In this document: positions 36,449-45,837 of the stretch, one piece after another | Position numbering within the stretch: the stretch's first letter is position 1 | How the letters are laid out: every line of letters starts with the position of its first letter | Source of the DNA: an uncultured Clostridia bacterium | Lineage (GTDB): Bacteria; Bacillota; Clostridia; Christensenellales; UBA1242 | Length of the DNA stretch: 64,000 nt | NCBI GenBank assembly: GCA_934793215.1 | Contig: CAKVOP010000002.1 | Location: forward strand, 193,859-257,858 | Direction: 5' to 3' | The notes under the pieces: model-generated | What the model saw: only the letters and a program-made list of their open reading frames with translations | What the model was told of the DNA's origin: nothing | Database searches by the model: none | Program-made: the position numbers and the translations under genes

Positions 36449-37176
36449 TATGCCACCAACCTTTTAGTGACAAACTCACGCCCTTCACCCTTCATTGTTT
36501 GAATATATCCTTGCCCCGCTTGGTCAACAGCCAAAAGAAGAACATCTTTTATTTTATACACTTTTTGTTTCTTCAATATAGTATTCACCTTTTCTTCATC
36601 AAGGCGAGCGACTTTCAGGTTCTCTTTCATCAGTTTACCTTCACTAATAAGGATAATAGGCAAAAAGCTATCCTCAACTTTATTTTTATTATCTCCATTT
36701 GTGGCTGGGGCATATTCTGCTTTTGGCAATACTGAAACTTTCCCATTTGTTTCCATAATGGCATACTGGACCTGTCCTATTGAAAAATATCCACATTCGC
36801 GTAAAGCCGCGTAAAGGTCGTCAGTTGAAAGATTTAATTTTTTCATTGCGTTATAGTCTATGCCTTTGGGATTTATCACAATAACTGGCTTGCCACTTAT
36901 TACCTTTGAAAACCACTGACTGCTTTTGGTAAGAATTGTAAGCAAAAAGTGCAAAACAACCAGCGTCAAAAGAGGAACTATGCCGTGAAGCACAGGAACG
37001 GAGACTTCGGCCATGGGTATAGTTGCAAGGTCGGCAATAATCAAAGTTAAAACAAGTTCAAAAGGTTGCATTTGCCCTAGTTGTCGTTTACCCATCAGTC
37101 TAAACACAAGAAGCACAATAAGATAAATGATAATTGACCTAAATATAATCGTAAGCATGATTATATTATTACCCAA
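36448..37176 (-). CDS. DUF421 (YetF/YrbG-like) membrane protein
   Basis: 242 aa with FRLMGKRQLGQMQPFELVLTLIIADLA, the family hallmark. The start is TTG at 37176 or ATG at 37158. Confidence 0.8.
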   Translation of the reverse strand: MGNNIIMLTIIFRSIIIYLIVLLVFRLMGKRQLGQMQPFELVLTLIIADLATIPMAEVSVPVLHGIVPLLTLVVLHFLLTILTKSSQWFSKVISGKPVIVINPKGIDYNAMKKLNLSTDDLYAALRECGYFSIGQVQYAIMETNGKVSVLPKAEYAPATNGDNKNKVEDSFLPIILISEGKLMKENLKVARLDEEKVNTILKKQKVYKIKDVLLLAVDQAGQGYIQTMKGEGREFVTKRLVA

Positions 37177-37316
37177 AAATGTATTTTAATTATACATTTT
37201 ATCAACTAGTAAAGTGTTGTTAATGCTTTCTATCTTTATCCTCGCTTAAACCCAAAATTTTGCCAATATTTTTTGCTCGATATTTTAATGGAGATTATAA
37301 ATTCAAATGAAATTTT

Positions 37317-37348
37317 ATCAAAAAACTAACTAATCAAAAAACTAACTA
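37317..37348. repeat. Perfect 2 x 16-bp tandem duplication in the intergenic spacer
   Basis: ATCAAAAAACTAACTA occurs at 37317-37332 and 37333-37348, just downstream of the spoVB stop. Confidence 0.9.
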
Positions 37349-37362
37349 AATAAGGTTTTAAA

Positions 37363-38901
37363 TTAGGCATTTTTAACTTTAACCTTTTTTGGTTTTAATC
37401 TATCCGCTGCAAGCACGAAGAACGCTTTAATATCAATCATGTTAAACGCTCCTGCAAGAAGCACAAATGAGCCCACGCTGACCACCCCACCAAGAAATAA
37501 AGTTATCAGTTTAGGTAAAAAATGCCCACAAATTCCAGTTACGAATCCCGTTAATGCAGAAGAAGGGATTGCAAGTAAAATGATTTTACCAAGACTTGGC
37601 AAAATATTTAATTTGACCTTTGTTTTTTTCTTTAACAAAGCAAGATTTAGCACGCTTGTTATAGTAAAGTTTGCTCCAAGAGCATAAATAAAGGCATTTA
37701 TTCCAAATAAAGATGGTAAAAACCATAAACATGCAAACATTGCCACCCCACCAGCAACAAAATTGACAAACGAACGCTTTTCATAGCCTAAACTGTTCAA
37801 AATTGCACTGGTTATATTTGTTAAACCTATTGGAATAAGCACCCAAGCCGATGAGACTAAAAGTGAGCCACTTAAAACATTATCATATAAAACCTCGCCC
37901 GCTAGTTCTCCCATACCCAAAAAGCATGGAACAAAAAGTGCCGATATAAAGAGTGAGAAAAAAATTGAAGTTTTTATCCTTTTTTCTATATGCTGTAAAT
38001 CATTTTGTGTGAGTGCTTTTGACAAATCGGGCACAAGTGCTGTTGAAAGAGAGCCAATGATGGAAGAAGGTACATAAAGAAGTGGCATTGTCATTCCAAC
38101 AGCGACACCGAACATTGCAAGTGCCTGTGAATTCGTGTATCCAATCGCAACAAGACGATTTGGAACTATAAACGCAATAAGTGGTTGCACCAAACTGCCA
38201 ATCACTCGCATAACGGTTATTGGAGTAGACTGCTTGACAAGTGGAACAAATTCTTCTCGTTTAAAGCGTCCCAACTTACCTCCATAATAGAAAAAGCAAA
38301 CAATTACAAGCATCATCGAGGCAAGGCATGCTAAACTCATTGTCCAGCCAAGATTGAAAGCATTTTCAAACGCAGTAAAACTGGTTGAAACAAAGAGTAC
38401 TCCTAAAACAATTCTCACCACTTGTTCATAAAATTCGGTCACGCAAAGTGCAAAATAGTTGTTTTTTCCCCACATTGCACCTCGAAGGACACAATAGACT
38501 GATGAAAACACTAAACTTGGAAGCAAAACAATTAAAATTTCGATGCATCGTGACTCGGTAAATAATCCAGCAAAAACCTTTTTAAAAACAGACACAACGC
38601 CACATAAAACGATACTTAAAACAAGCCCATAAATTAGAGCCGTGGTTATTAAAGACCTTTCCTTTCCATATTCTCTTCTTGCCATATAAGAAGAAGAAAG
38701 TCTTGAAATGATAAGAGGCATACCACTTGAAATCACCGTCAAAAGCACCATAAAAACTGAAAACGCAACCTGATAAAGTCCCACGCCCTCCGCCCCGACT
38801 TGGCGAGACAGAATCATACGGAATATAAAGCCCGAAATTCGTGTTAAAAACGAGAAAATTGTGATAAGTGCAACAGTTTTAAATAGTGATTTCATTATCA
38901 T
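37363..38901 (-). CDS. spoVB: Stage V sporulation protein B / MOP-superfamily (MurJ-like) polysaccharide-biosynthesis flippase
   Basis: 512 aa and about 14 TM helices. The N-terminus ITIFSFLTRISGFIFRMILSRQVGAEGVGLYQVAF is typical of SpoVB/MurJ-like proteins. Confidence 0.65.
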   Translation of the reverse strand: MIMKSLFKTVALITIFSFLTRISGFIFRMILSRQVGAEGVGLYQVAFSVFMVLLTVISSGMPLIISRLSSSYMARREYGKERSLITTALIYGLVLSIVLCGVVSVFKKVFAGLFTESRCIEILIVLLPSLVFSSVYCVLRGAMWGKNNYFALCVTEFYEQVVRIVLGVLFVSTSFTAFENAFNLGWTMSLACLASMMLVIVCFFYYGGKLGRFKREEFVPLVKQSTPITVMRVIGSLVQPLIAFIVPNRLVAIGYTNSQALAMFGVAVGMTMPLLYVPSSIIGSLSTALVPDLSKALTQNDLQHIEKRIKTSIFFSLFISALFVPCFLGMGELAGEVLYDNVLSGSLLVSSAWVLIPIGLTNITSAILNSLGYEKRSFVNFVAGGVAMFACLWFLPSLFGINAFIYALGANFTITSVLNLALLKKKTKVKLNILPSLGKIILLAIPSSALTGFVTGICGHFLPKLITLFLGGVVSVGSFVLLAGAFNMIDIKAFFVLAADRLKPKKVKVKNA

Positions 38902-38954
38902 CTCCTCATATAAGATATTTGCAAGGCATAAAATTTAATACTACAAGGAGCATT

Positions 38955-39119
38955 ATGAAAAAATATTTAAACAATTTTTATCGCGTCAAAAAAGGAGATA
39001 CGATTGACAAAATCGCATCAATTTATGGCGTTAATCCAGTTAAAATTCTTATTTTGAATAATTGTTCCCCTCTTTTAATTAAGGAAAGCACAATCCTTCT
39101 TATCCCGATTTCTTTTTAA
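38955..39119 (+). CDS. Single-domain LysM miniprotein (54 aa)
   Basis: YRVKKGDTIDKIASIYGVNPVKILILNN...STILLIP matches the LysM consensus. I placed the start at ATG 38955, which has an AAGGAG RBS, rather than at the ORF-track start 38886, which overlaps spoVB. Confidence 0.7.
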   Translation: MKKYLNNFYRVKKGDTIDKIASIYGVNPVKILILNNCSPLLIKESTILLIPISF

Positions 39120-39816
39120 AAAGTGAAAAGAAAAACTTTTCTATTTTGTCGTTGTATTTATAAGATAAATAGATAAGTGTCACTGCACCTACCGCAAGAA
39201 CAGCCCAAACAACTAAACCCCAACCATAATAGGGAATTATATCTCCGCTTGACAAGTAGCTCACTAGAAATATTCCAATGGGTCTTGAAATAAATTGCGT
39301 TGTCATAAAAAAGCCCCAACTCATGTCAGTAAGTCCAGCGACCAGGCACAGAATATCGTCTGGGAAAAGCGGTAAAAGCATCATAAGAAAAAATGAATAC
39401 TTATATTTTGATAGTTTTTTTGTCCATTTCTCTTGAGCTTCTTTGCCCACCATAAAACGAACAACTTTTTTGCCAAATACCCTGCCAATAAAAAATGCCA
39501 CCGCACTCCCTAAAAGTATACCCGCGAGGCTTAAAAGGGAGGACTGAAAGGGACCAAAAATTAAGCTTCCCGCCACCACAAAAATAGGCGAAGGAAGAGG
39601 CAAAAATGTCACTTGCAAAAATTGAAGAAACACAAATGCGAATCTTCCCCAAAAACCAAGTGATAAAATAAAATCTTTGAGTTTTTCTGCTGAATTAAGT
39701 TTTTCCCACAACCCCATCCATTTCAATATAAAGTAAGACAAAACAGTGAAAGCACATATTGCCAAAACTACAATTAGTATCCTTAAAAATTTCTTTTTCT
39801 TTGAAAGAGATTCCAT
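39100..39816 (-). CDS. TVP38/TMEM64 (DedA-related) family membrane protein
   Basis: 238 aa with FLQFLQVTFLPLPSPIFVVAGSLIFGPF and LPLFPDDILCLVAGLT motifs. Confidence 0.75.
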   Translation of the reverse strand: MESLSKKKKFLRILIVVLAICAFTVLSYFILKWMGLWEKLNSAEKLKDFILSLGFWGRFAFVFLQFLQVTFLPLPSPIFVVAGSLIFGPFQSSLLSLAGILLGSAVAFFIGRVFGKKVVRFMVGKEAQEKWTKKLSKYKYSFFLMMLLPLFPDDILCLVAGLTDMSWGFFMTTQFISRPIGIFLVSYLSSGDIIPYYGWGLVVWAVLAVGAVTLIYLSYKYNDKIEKFFFSLFKKKSG

Positions 39817-39902
39817 ATTTCTATTATCTTAAAACTAAACCTTTCTATTCGCAAAGAATATTATTTTTTCTTATGCAAATAATACATCAAAAAGGAGAAA
39901 CT

Positions 39903-41432
39903 ATGGAAAACGATAAGAAAGAAAAAGCTCATAAAAAGAGAAAAACTGGGTCGTTTATATGGCTTATGAGTGTCTGTTTCATCGCAGTAGGACTACTTCT
40001 ATTTTGTCAATTTTACTTTGGGGATACAATAAACTCCTCTACCACTTTTTATGAGGGCACAAAAATCAATGGTATTGATGTCTCTGGACTTAAAAAAAGC
40101 GAAGCACAAGATTTGCTTCAAACAACTTTTATAAATCAAAAAGACAATATAAATCTTACATTATCCGCAAACGGCAAAGACTATGTTATTGACGGAAAAA
40201 ATCTTGAATTTGTGGGTAATTTTGACGGAAACCTCGACCGAATTCTCGCTTACGGGCATGAAGGTAACATATTTGAAAAGCAAAAGGTTAAAAGCCAAAT
40301 TGCAAAAGACGGTCTGGATATCTATATTCCCTATGAAGACATGCTAGGCAATCTTAACGATAAAGTAGAAGAAGTTTTGTCACAAGTCGAGGCACTGCCA
40401 ACCTCCACCTTTATTTCTTTTGATCCTAACAGCGAGCAAATGTTTACATTAAATGAGGGCGGAAAAGGTTATGTTGCCAATAGAGATGAACTGAAAAAAA
40501 GTATCGCCCAAGCTCTTGCAACAGGTCAATCAAAAGTAGAAATACCTCTTCAAGAAGTCTTACCAAAAGAAGATTTATCTTCTCTATTAAATCAAATATC
40601 CTTGCGTTCAAAATTTAGCACAAACTATGCAAAATCAACTCAAAGTCGAAAATCCAATATAAAACGTGCCCTCTCTGCTTTTAATGGCATGATAGTTGAA
40701 CCAGGACAAAGAGTGTCGTTTAATGAAGTAACAGGGCCTCGCACAGCAAGTAACGGCTATAAAGATGGCAAGGTTATTATTGACGGAAGTTATGTTTCAG
40801 GTATAGGTGGTGGCGTTTGCCAAGCTTCGACAACATTATACAATGCACTTCTTCTTGGTGATATAACAGTTACAAAATCTTTTCACCATTCTCTCCCCGC
40901 TTCTTATGTGCCATTATCATTTGACGCAATGGTAAGTGAAGGTTACGCAGACCTTGAATTCGTAAATAACCAAGACACACCAATTTACATCAAAGCCTAT
41001 GGTACAGACGAAGAGGCAATCGTCGAAATATATGGTGCACCTCTTGAAGATGGGCTTGAAATAAAAATTAGAAGCGAATTAGTAAAGGTTTTGCCACACG
41101 AAGGCGATACAATAATTAAAGATAGACTTGGCGAATATTCAAACAAAGTCCTATACGAGGGAGAATATTATCGTTTAAAATATCCACACGAAGGCTATGA
41201 AACACGCGGTTATTTGCAATATTATCGCAATGGTGAACTTGTAGAAGAAAAGGAAGTTCGCCATGATAGCTACAAGCCTCAAAAAGGTGTTATCGTAGAA
41301 GGAGTTTGGGCGTTAGAAGAAGGTATGGAATTGCCAGAAAATGGCGTAAAATACATTTCGCCTCAAAAAATAACACAATCTGTTATTGATAACGCTAAAA
41401 AGCGAAGCGAACTTGTTCAATCAGGACGATAA
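39903..41432 (+). CDS. VanW-family protein with a C-terminal G5-like domain
   Basis: Start set at ATG 39903 (RBS AAAGGAG). It has an N-terminal TM helix and the VanW core RVSFNEVTGPRTASNGYKDG..GGGVCQASTTLYNALL. Confidence 0.8.
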   Translation: MENDKKEKAHKKRKTGSFIWLMSVCFIAVGLLLFCQFYFGDTINSSTTFYEGTKINGIDVSGLKKSEAQDLLQTTFINQKDNINLTLSANGKDYVIDGKNLEFVGNFDGNLDRILAYGHEGNIFEKQKVKSQIAKDGLDIYIPYEDMLGNLNDKVEEVLSQVEALPTSTFISFDPNSEQMFTLNEGGKGYVANRDELKKSIAQALATGQSKVEIPLQEVLPKEDLSSLLNQISLRSKFSTNYAKSTQSRKSNIKRALSAFNGMIVEPGQRVSFNEVTGPRTASNGYKDGKVIIDGSYVSGIGGGVCQASTTLYNALLLGDITVTKSFHHSLPASYVPLSFDAMVSEGYADLEFVNNQDTPIYIKAYGTDEEAIVEIYGAPLEDGLEIKIRSELVKVLPHEGDTIIKDRLGEYSNKVLYEGEYYRLKYPHEGYETRGYLQYYRNGELVEEKEVRHDSYKPQKGVIVEGVWALEEGMELPENGVKYISPQKITQSVIDNAKKRSELVQSGR

Positions 41433-41466
41433 ATTTTTATAAGAAGACACAAATTAACTTGAATAC

Positions 41467-41513
41467 AAAAAGACCTTAAAATAGGCGTTTTACACCTGTT
41501 TAAGGTCTTTTTC
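41467..41513. terminator. Bidirectional intrinsic terminator
   Basis: AGACCTTAAA (41471-41480) pairs with TTTAAGGTCT (41499-41508), flanked by an A-run and a T-run. It lies between the convergent VanW-family gene and cca. Confidence 0.7.
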
Positions 41514-41521
41514 TTAAAATT

Positions 41522-42757
41522 TTAAAGATATTTTAGTTTAGATTCTATCGCCTCGATTAGTTCTTCTTTCTCGTTTACTAAATTACCATCAAAAATGTCA
41601 CTTAAAAGGCTTTCCAAAATCGCGTTATATCTCATCGGCTTAACTGTTGGATAATGCTCTTTTATATCATCACCATTTATTTTTAATTCTTTCACAGAGA
41701 CTACTATTTTGTGAGCAATGATATACTTGTAGAAAAATTGATATTTACTTGCCAAGTAGCGACTTTTATGGACAAGCAATAGATAAATACTTGGAAAATT
41801 GTTAAAGTACTTGAAAAAATATGGTTTATTTTGCATGCGGTTAAGTGCTTCATAATATCCAGAGATGATATTTATATATTGTTCAAGCATCTTTTTACTC
41901 ATTCCAAAAGTACCATTTAAAATAAGGTTTAGATAATAGGAAATTGAAATAGGATTTGCAGAGTCAATAATGTCGATTAAAAGACCTTGGCTTCTATGCT
42001 CGACCTTTTTGACCATGCGATACTTTACACGGCTACACCCCACGCCAAGGATATCCCAGATGCCAGCCTTATTAAACTGCTTCAAGACCGTCATGTAAGC
42101 ATTTGACTTTGAAGTTCCTTTATATTTTGGACTATGCAAAATTTTGGTAATTTCGCTTATAACTCTCTCTCCAGAAACATCACGCAGGTTTGAAATATAT
42201 TTTACGGCAGATGCAAAAGTTGCCTTGTCGATTTTAAAATTTAATTCGCCCTGAAAACGGAACATTCTCAATATTCTGAGCCCGTCGTGGCAAAGCACTT
42301 CGTCAGGAGTTTCTATTGTTCGCAAAATTCTCTTACGTATGTCATCTTCACCATTATAAAAATCAAGAAGCCTATCATTTTTGATGTCATAATAAAGTGC
42401 GTTGCATGTGAAATCCCTTCTTTTTGCGTCCTCACTTACTGCCTTAATAAAAGTTACCTTTTCTGGTGAATGTGCCCCACCTTCGGCGTAACTGTCTCGC
42501 CTAAAAGTGGTGTACTCATACTTTTCTTCATCAGCACAAATATAAGCACTGCCTAATGATTTATTCTTGACTTTTAACTGAAATTTTGTACCTGCAAGAA
42601 CTTTTTCAAGTTCGTCAATCGTTAAACTTGAACACAAATCAATGTCGTCAGTTTTTATTCCCATGATTGAGTTACGCACATAACCGCCCACAATATAAAG
42701 TTCGCATGGAAAAAGCGTGGTTAAATCTCGTAAATTTTTTGGAATAACAATATTCAT
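41522..42757 (-). CDS. cca: CCA-adding tRNA nucleotidyltransferase (polyA polymerase family)
   Basis: 411 aa with LYIVGGYVRNSIMG..DDIDL, TFRRDSY and RRDFTCNALYYD. Confidence 0.85.
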   Translation of the reverse strand: MNIVIPKNLRDLTTLFPCELYIVGGYVRNSIMGIKTDDIDLCSSLTIDELEKVLAGTKFQLKVKNKSLGSAYICADEEKYEYTTFRRDSYAEGGAHSPEKVTFIKAVSEDAKRRDFTCNALYYDIKNDRLLDFYNGEDDIRKRILRTIETPDEVLCHDGLRILRMFRFQGELNFKIDKATFASAVKYISNLRDVSGERVISEITKILHSPKYKGTSKSNAYMTVLKQFNKAGIWDILGVGCSRVKYRMVKKVEHRSQGLLIDIIDSANPISISYYLNLILNGTFGMSKKMLEQYINIISGYYEALNRMQNKPYFFKYFNNFPSIYLLLVHKSRYLASKYQFFYKYIIAHKIVVSVKELKINGDDIKEHYPTVKPMRYNAILESLLSDIFDGNLVNEKEELIEAIESKLKYL

Positions 42758-42852
42758 TTCCCCCTCACAGCCCCCTTTTTAGAGGATAAAAGTTCTATCA
42801 CAAACAATCATAACAATTTCGACAAGCAAAGTCAAATCTATTTGTAATAAAG

Positions 42853-42881
42853 TTGACTTTAAAAAATTAAATAATTATAAT
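42853..42881 (+). promoter_or_regulatory. Near-consensus sigma-A promoter placing +1 at the ATPase start codon (leaderless candidate)
   Basis: TTGACT (42853-42858), a 17-nt spacer, then TATAAT (42876-42881). The ATG at 42889 begins 7 nt after the -10 hexamer, with no Shine-Dalgarno sequence in between. Confidence 0.5.
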
Positions 42882-42888
42882 ATTAGTG

Positions 42889-45483
42889 ATGAAAAAGAAA
42901 AGAATTGTAGTAGAAATTAAAGATTCACAACTGAAAAGTAATAAAAAATTTAACAAATATTACTTTTCTGTTTCTGTGCCAAACACTTTTTACTATAACC
43001 AAATTCCTGATAAAAAAGGATTTTTTGATAAATTAAAAGACAAGTTTTCACAAAAAAAAGATAAAAAGCAAGAAGAAAAGGTTGAAGATATATCTCTTCC
43101 ATCAAACATTGAAAGATATAACCCAACAGCGAGCGAGGGACTGACAAAAGCGCAAGTCGAAGAAAGAATTGCATCTAAACTCACAAATGAAAATAAAATT
43201 AAATCTTCAAAGTCTTATGGTTCTATCTTCGTAAAAAATATTTTTACATTTTTCAACATGCTTTGGACAATCATTGCAATCGCTTTATGTGCAGTAGGCT
43301 CTTATAAGGAACTTTTGTTTGTATTTGTTATTGTTGCAAACACGGCTATTGCCATAATTCAAGAAATAAGAGCAAAAGTCGCCGTTGAAAAATTGTCGAT
43401 GATAACCTCACCTCTCGTTAAAACGATAAGAGAAGGCAATCAAGTAAATATTTCAGCCGACAAACTGGTGCTAGATGATGTTATTTACCTCACAAGCGGA
43501 AATCAAATACCAAGTGACTGCAAAATTATAGAAGGCAAAGTTGAAGTGAATGAAAGTTTGCTTACCGGCGAGTCAAATGCCATTGAAAAAACACTTGGGG
43601 ACGATTTGCTCTCTGGAAGTTTTATTGTTTCAGGCGTATGTTATGCTCGAATAGAAAAAGTTGGCAAAAGCAACTACATTCATCAAATTGCAAAGAAAGC
43701 AAAGGAATTCAAAGCACCTCAATCAAACCTTTTCAAAGACTTGAACAGACTTATCAAATACATCGGTATTGCCCTTGTGCCTATTGGAGTCTTGACTTTT
43801 CTTAAAGAATACGCCGAACCTGCTTCAACAATTAAAACACAAATAGAAAACACAAGCGGGGCTCTAACAAGCATGATACCTGCGGGAATGTTCCTACTGG
43901 TTACCATTTCACTCGCTGTGGGCGTTGTCAAACTCGCCAAAAAGAAAACTTTGGTGCGTGACCTCTACTCTATTGAAATGCTTGCAAGAACTAATGTTTT
44001 ATGTCTTGACAAAACAGGCACAATAACAGACGGCACGATGCGAGTTGTAGATTTTATGAGTTACTCGAAAAAAAGAAAATCTTCGGTTCAAAAATTGATT
44101 GCAAATGTTCTTAATGCTCAAAAGACATCAAATGCAACAAGCACTGCGATGATAAAGGAATTTGGTCAAAGCGATAGTTTAGACGCATTAAACCAAGCAG
44201 AATTTAGTTCTGATAAGAAATACTCAATCACACAACTGTCAAATAAAAATATTTATTTCTTGGGTGCTTACTCCAACATAAAATGCCCAATATCTGCTGA
44301 ACAACTTGCCTTCATTGAAGAAAAGCAAGCCCAAGGGTTGAGAATTATTGCTTTCGCAGAACAAGAAGGCGGAAAGTTTGATAAAGATATGAATGGCAAA
44401 AACGCCAGACTTCTTGCACTTGTCGTCATTGAAGAGCATATTCGAGATGACGCAATAGAAACAATCCAATGGTTTAAATTTAATGGCGTCGAAGTTAAAA
44501 TAATCTCTGGTGATGCACCTCAAACAGTTGCAAAAATAGCACAAAGAGTTGGAGTGGAAAATAGTGAAAAATATATTTCACTAGAAAACATGTCGCTCGA
44601 CGAAGTAGAACAAATCGCAGACCAATTTACCGTTTTTGGACGCGTTACACCCGAGCAAAAATACACACTTGTCAAGGCACTGAAAAAGAAAGGAAAAGTG
44701 GTCGCAATGACGGGTGATGGCGTTAATGATACCCTTGCATTGAAAGAGGCTGATTGTTCTATCGCAATGGCAGACGGAAGTGAAGTTGCAAGAAGTATCT
44801 CAAACCTTGTTCTTTTAGATTCAAACTTCTCATCTTTGCCATCTGTCGTTAAGGAAGGCAGACAAGTTATAAACAATGTTCAAAACTCCGCATCTCTCTT
44901 CCTTATGAAAACATTCTTTGCCATAACACTTACGATTATCACATTATTTTTACAAATCAACTACCCTTTCAAACCAAGCATGATGCTTTTATTAGAATCA
45001 TTTGTCATTGGAATTCCATCATTTATTTTAACATTTGAGCCTAACACAAAACGAATAAATGGAAATTTTATTCCACAAGTTATGAAACGTGCTCTTCCAA
45101 GAGCATTCTTAATGCTGTTAAACGTTTTGGTAATTATGATGCTTTACTATTCTCAAACAATAAGTATTCTTTCAAGTGAAGAATACAAAACGCTTTGCGT
45201 GCTTGTTTTAACCTACACTGGTTTTTTAAACCTTGTCACATTGTGCGTACCTCCAACCCTGCTCAAATGGCTGGCAATGATATTCTCGTTTGTGACAGTA
45301 ACTATTTCAATTTGCGTAGTTCCAAATATGTTCTCAATTCAATCTAATTCAGCAACTGTGCTTATTACATTCTTCGCAATAATCCTTGTTTCAGTCATTA
45401 TATTAACAATTATTAAATTGAATTCAAAGAGGATAGACCGACTACGCGAAAAAGTCATTAGTTTACTTCAAAAGCAAAGTTAA
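42889..45483 (+). CDS. Cation-translocating P-type ATPase (HAD-IC type, substrate unknown) with a Lys-rich N-terminal extension
   Basis: TGESNAIEK, the phosphorylation site CLDKTGTITDG and the hinge MTGDGVNDTLALKEADCSIAM. TM4 carries IPAGMF rather than the PEGL of Ca-ATPases. Confidence 0.9.
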   Translation: MKKKRIVVEIKDSQLKSNKKFNKYYFSVSVPNTFYYNQIPDKKGFFDKLKDKFSQKKDKKQEEKVEDISLPSNIERYNPTASEGLTKAQVEERIASKLTNENKIKSSKSYGSIFVKNIFTFFNMLWTIIAIALCAVGSYKELLFVFVIVANTAIAIIQEIRAKVAVEKLSMITSPLVKTIREGNQVNISADKLVLDDVIYLTSGNQIPSDCKIIEGKVEVNESLLTGESNAIEKTLGDDLLSGSFIVSGVCYARIEKVGKSNYIHQIAKKAKEFKAPQSNLFKDLNRLIKYIGIALVPIGVLTFLKEYAEPASTIKTQIENTSGALTSMIPAGMFLLVTISLAVGVVKLAKKKTLVRDLYSIEMLARTNVLCLDKTGTITDGTMRVVDFMSYSKKRKSSVQKLIANVLNAQKTSNATSTAMIKEFGQSDSLDALNQAEFSSDKKYSITQLSNKNIYFLGAYSNIKCPISAEQLAFIEEKQAQGLRIIAFAEQEGGKFDKDMNGKNARLLALVVIEEHIRDDAIETIQWFKFNGVEVKIISGDAPQTVAKIAQRVGVENSEKYISLENMSLDEVEQIADQFTVFGRVTPEQKYTLVKALKKKGKVVAMTGDGVNDTLALKEADCSIAMADGSEVARSISNLVLLDSNFSSLPSVVKEGRQVINNVQNSASLFLMKTFFAITLTIITLFLQINYPFKPSMMLLLESFVIGIPSFILTFEPNTKRINGNFIPQVMKRALPRAFLMLLNVLVIMMLYYSQTISILSSEEYKTLCVLVLTYTGFLNLVTLCVPPTLLKWLAMIFSFVTVTISICVVPNMFSIQSNSATVLITFFAIILVSVIILTIIKLNSKRIDRLREKVISLLQKQS

Positions 45484-45513
45484 ATGGTTAAAATCATGAA
45501 TCTCAATATCTAT

Positions 45514-45557
45514 AATTGATAGAGATTGATTATAGAAATTGATAGAGATTGATTATA
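45514..45557. repeat. Two perfect 21-nt direct repeats (period 23)
   Basis: AATTGATAGAGATTGATTATA occurs at 45514-45534 and 45537-45557, about 30 nt after the ATPase stop. Confidence 0.9.
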
Positions 45558-45673
45558 AATAAATCATAACTTATAAGAGCATTAATTTTATCATAATAAA
45601 ACGAATTAAAAACCACCATGATACGAAGTGAACCCCATTTTTGCACCGCAAAAATAAAAACCACTTCAAAAAA

Positions 45674-45715
45674 AATATCTCCTTATGGTAAAATCCATAT
45701 AGGAGGTATTTTTTA
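45674..45715 (+). terminator. Probable intrinsic terminator of the ATPase gene
   Basis: AATATCTCCT (45674-45683) pairs with AGGAGGTATT (45701-45710) with one mismatch, followed by a T-run. Confidence 0.45.
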
Positions 45716-45754
45716 TATCTCAATAATAACCTTGTTTAAACTGACCTTTCTTTT

Positions 45755-45806
45755 CAACAAAAAGCCACCAGCAAATGAGCATGCCCAAACTGGTGGATTT
45801 TTTATT
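45755..45806. terminator. Bidirectional terminator downstream of the ftsH-side operon
   Basis: CCACCAG (45765-45771) pairs with CTGGTGG (45790-45796), flanked by an A-run and a T-run. It lies about 40 nt past the stop at 45838 on the minus strand. Confidence 0.55.
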
Positions 45807-45837
45807 AGTAAATTTAGTTTCAATTCTCTTTTTTAGT

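Noticed and set aside
45514-45557. The 21-nt direct repeats as a mini CRISPR array.
   Set aside because: There are only two copies, separated by 2 nt (no spacer-sized interval), and no cas genes in the window.
45571-45669. Minus-strand 32-codon ORF (TTG start; MKWFLFLRCKNGVHFVSWWFLIRFIMIKLMLL) preceded by AAGGAG. That AAGGAG is sequestered in the 45674-45710 hairpin, which is reminiscent of a type I toxin mRNA.
   Set aside because: Stop-free runs of this length are common by chance in AT-rich spacers. The start is TTG, and the hairpin is more simply explained as the plus-strand terminator of the ATPase gene. It is not supportable without transcript or conservation data.
45618-45836. 72-aa plus-strand ORF in the same spacer.
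   Set aside because: It has no RBS, spans two terminator hairpins and encodes a low-complexity sequence.
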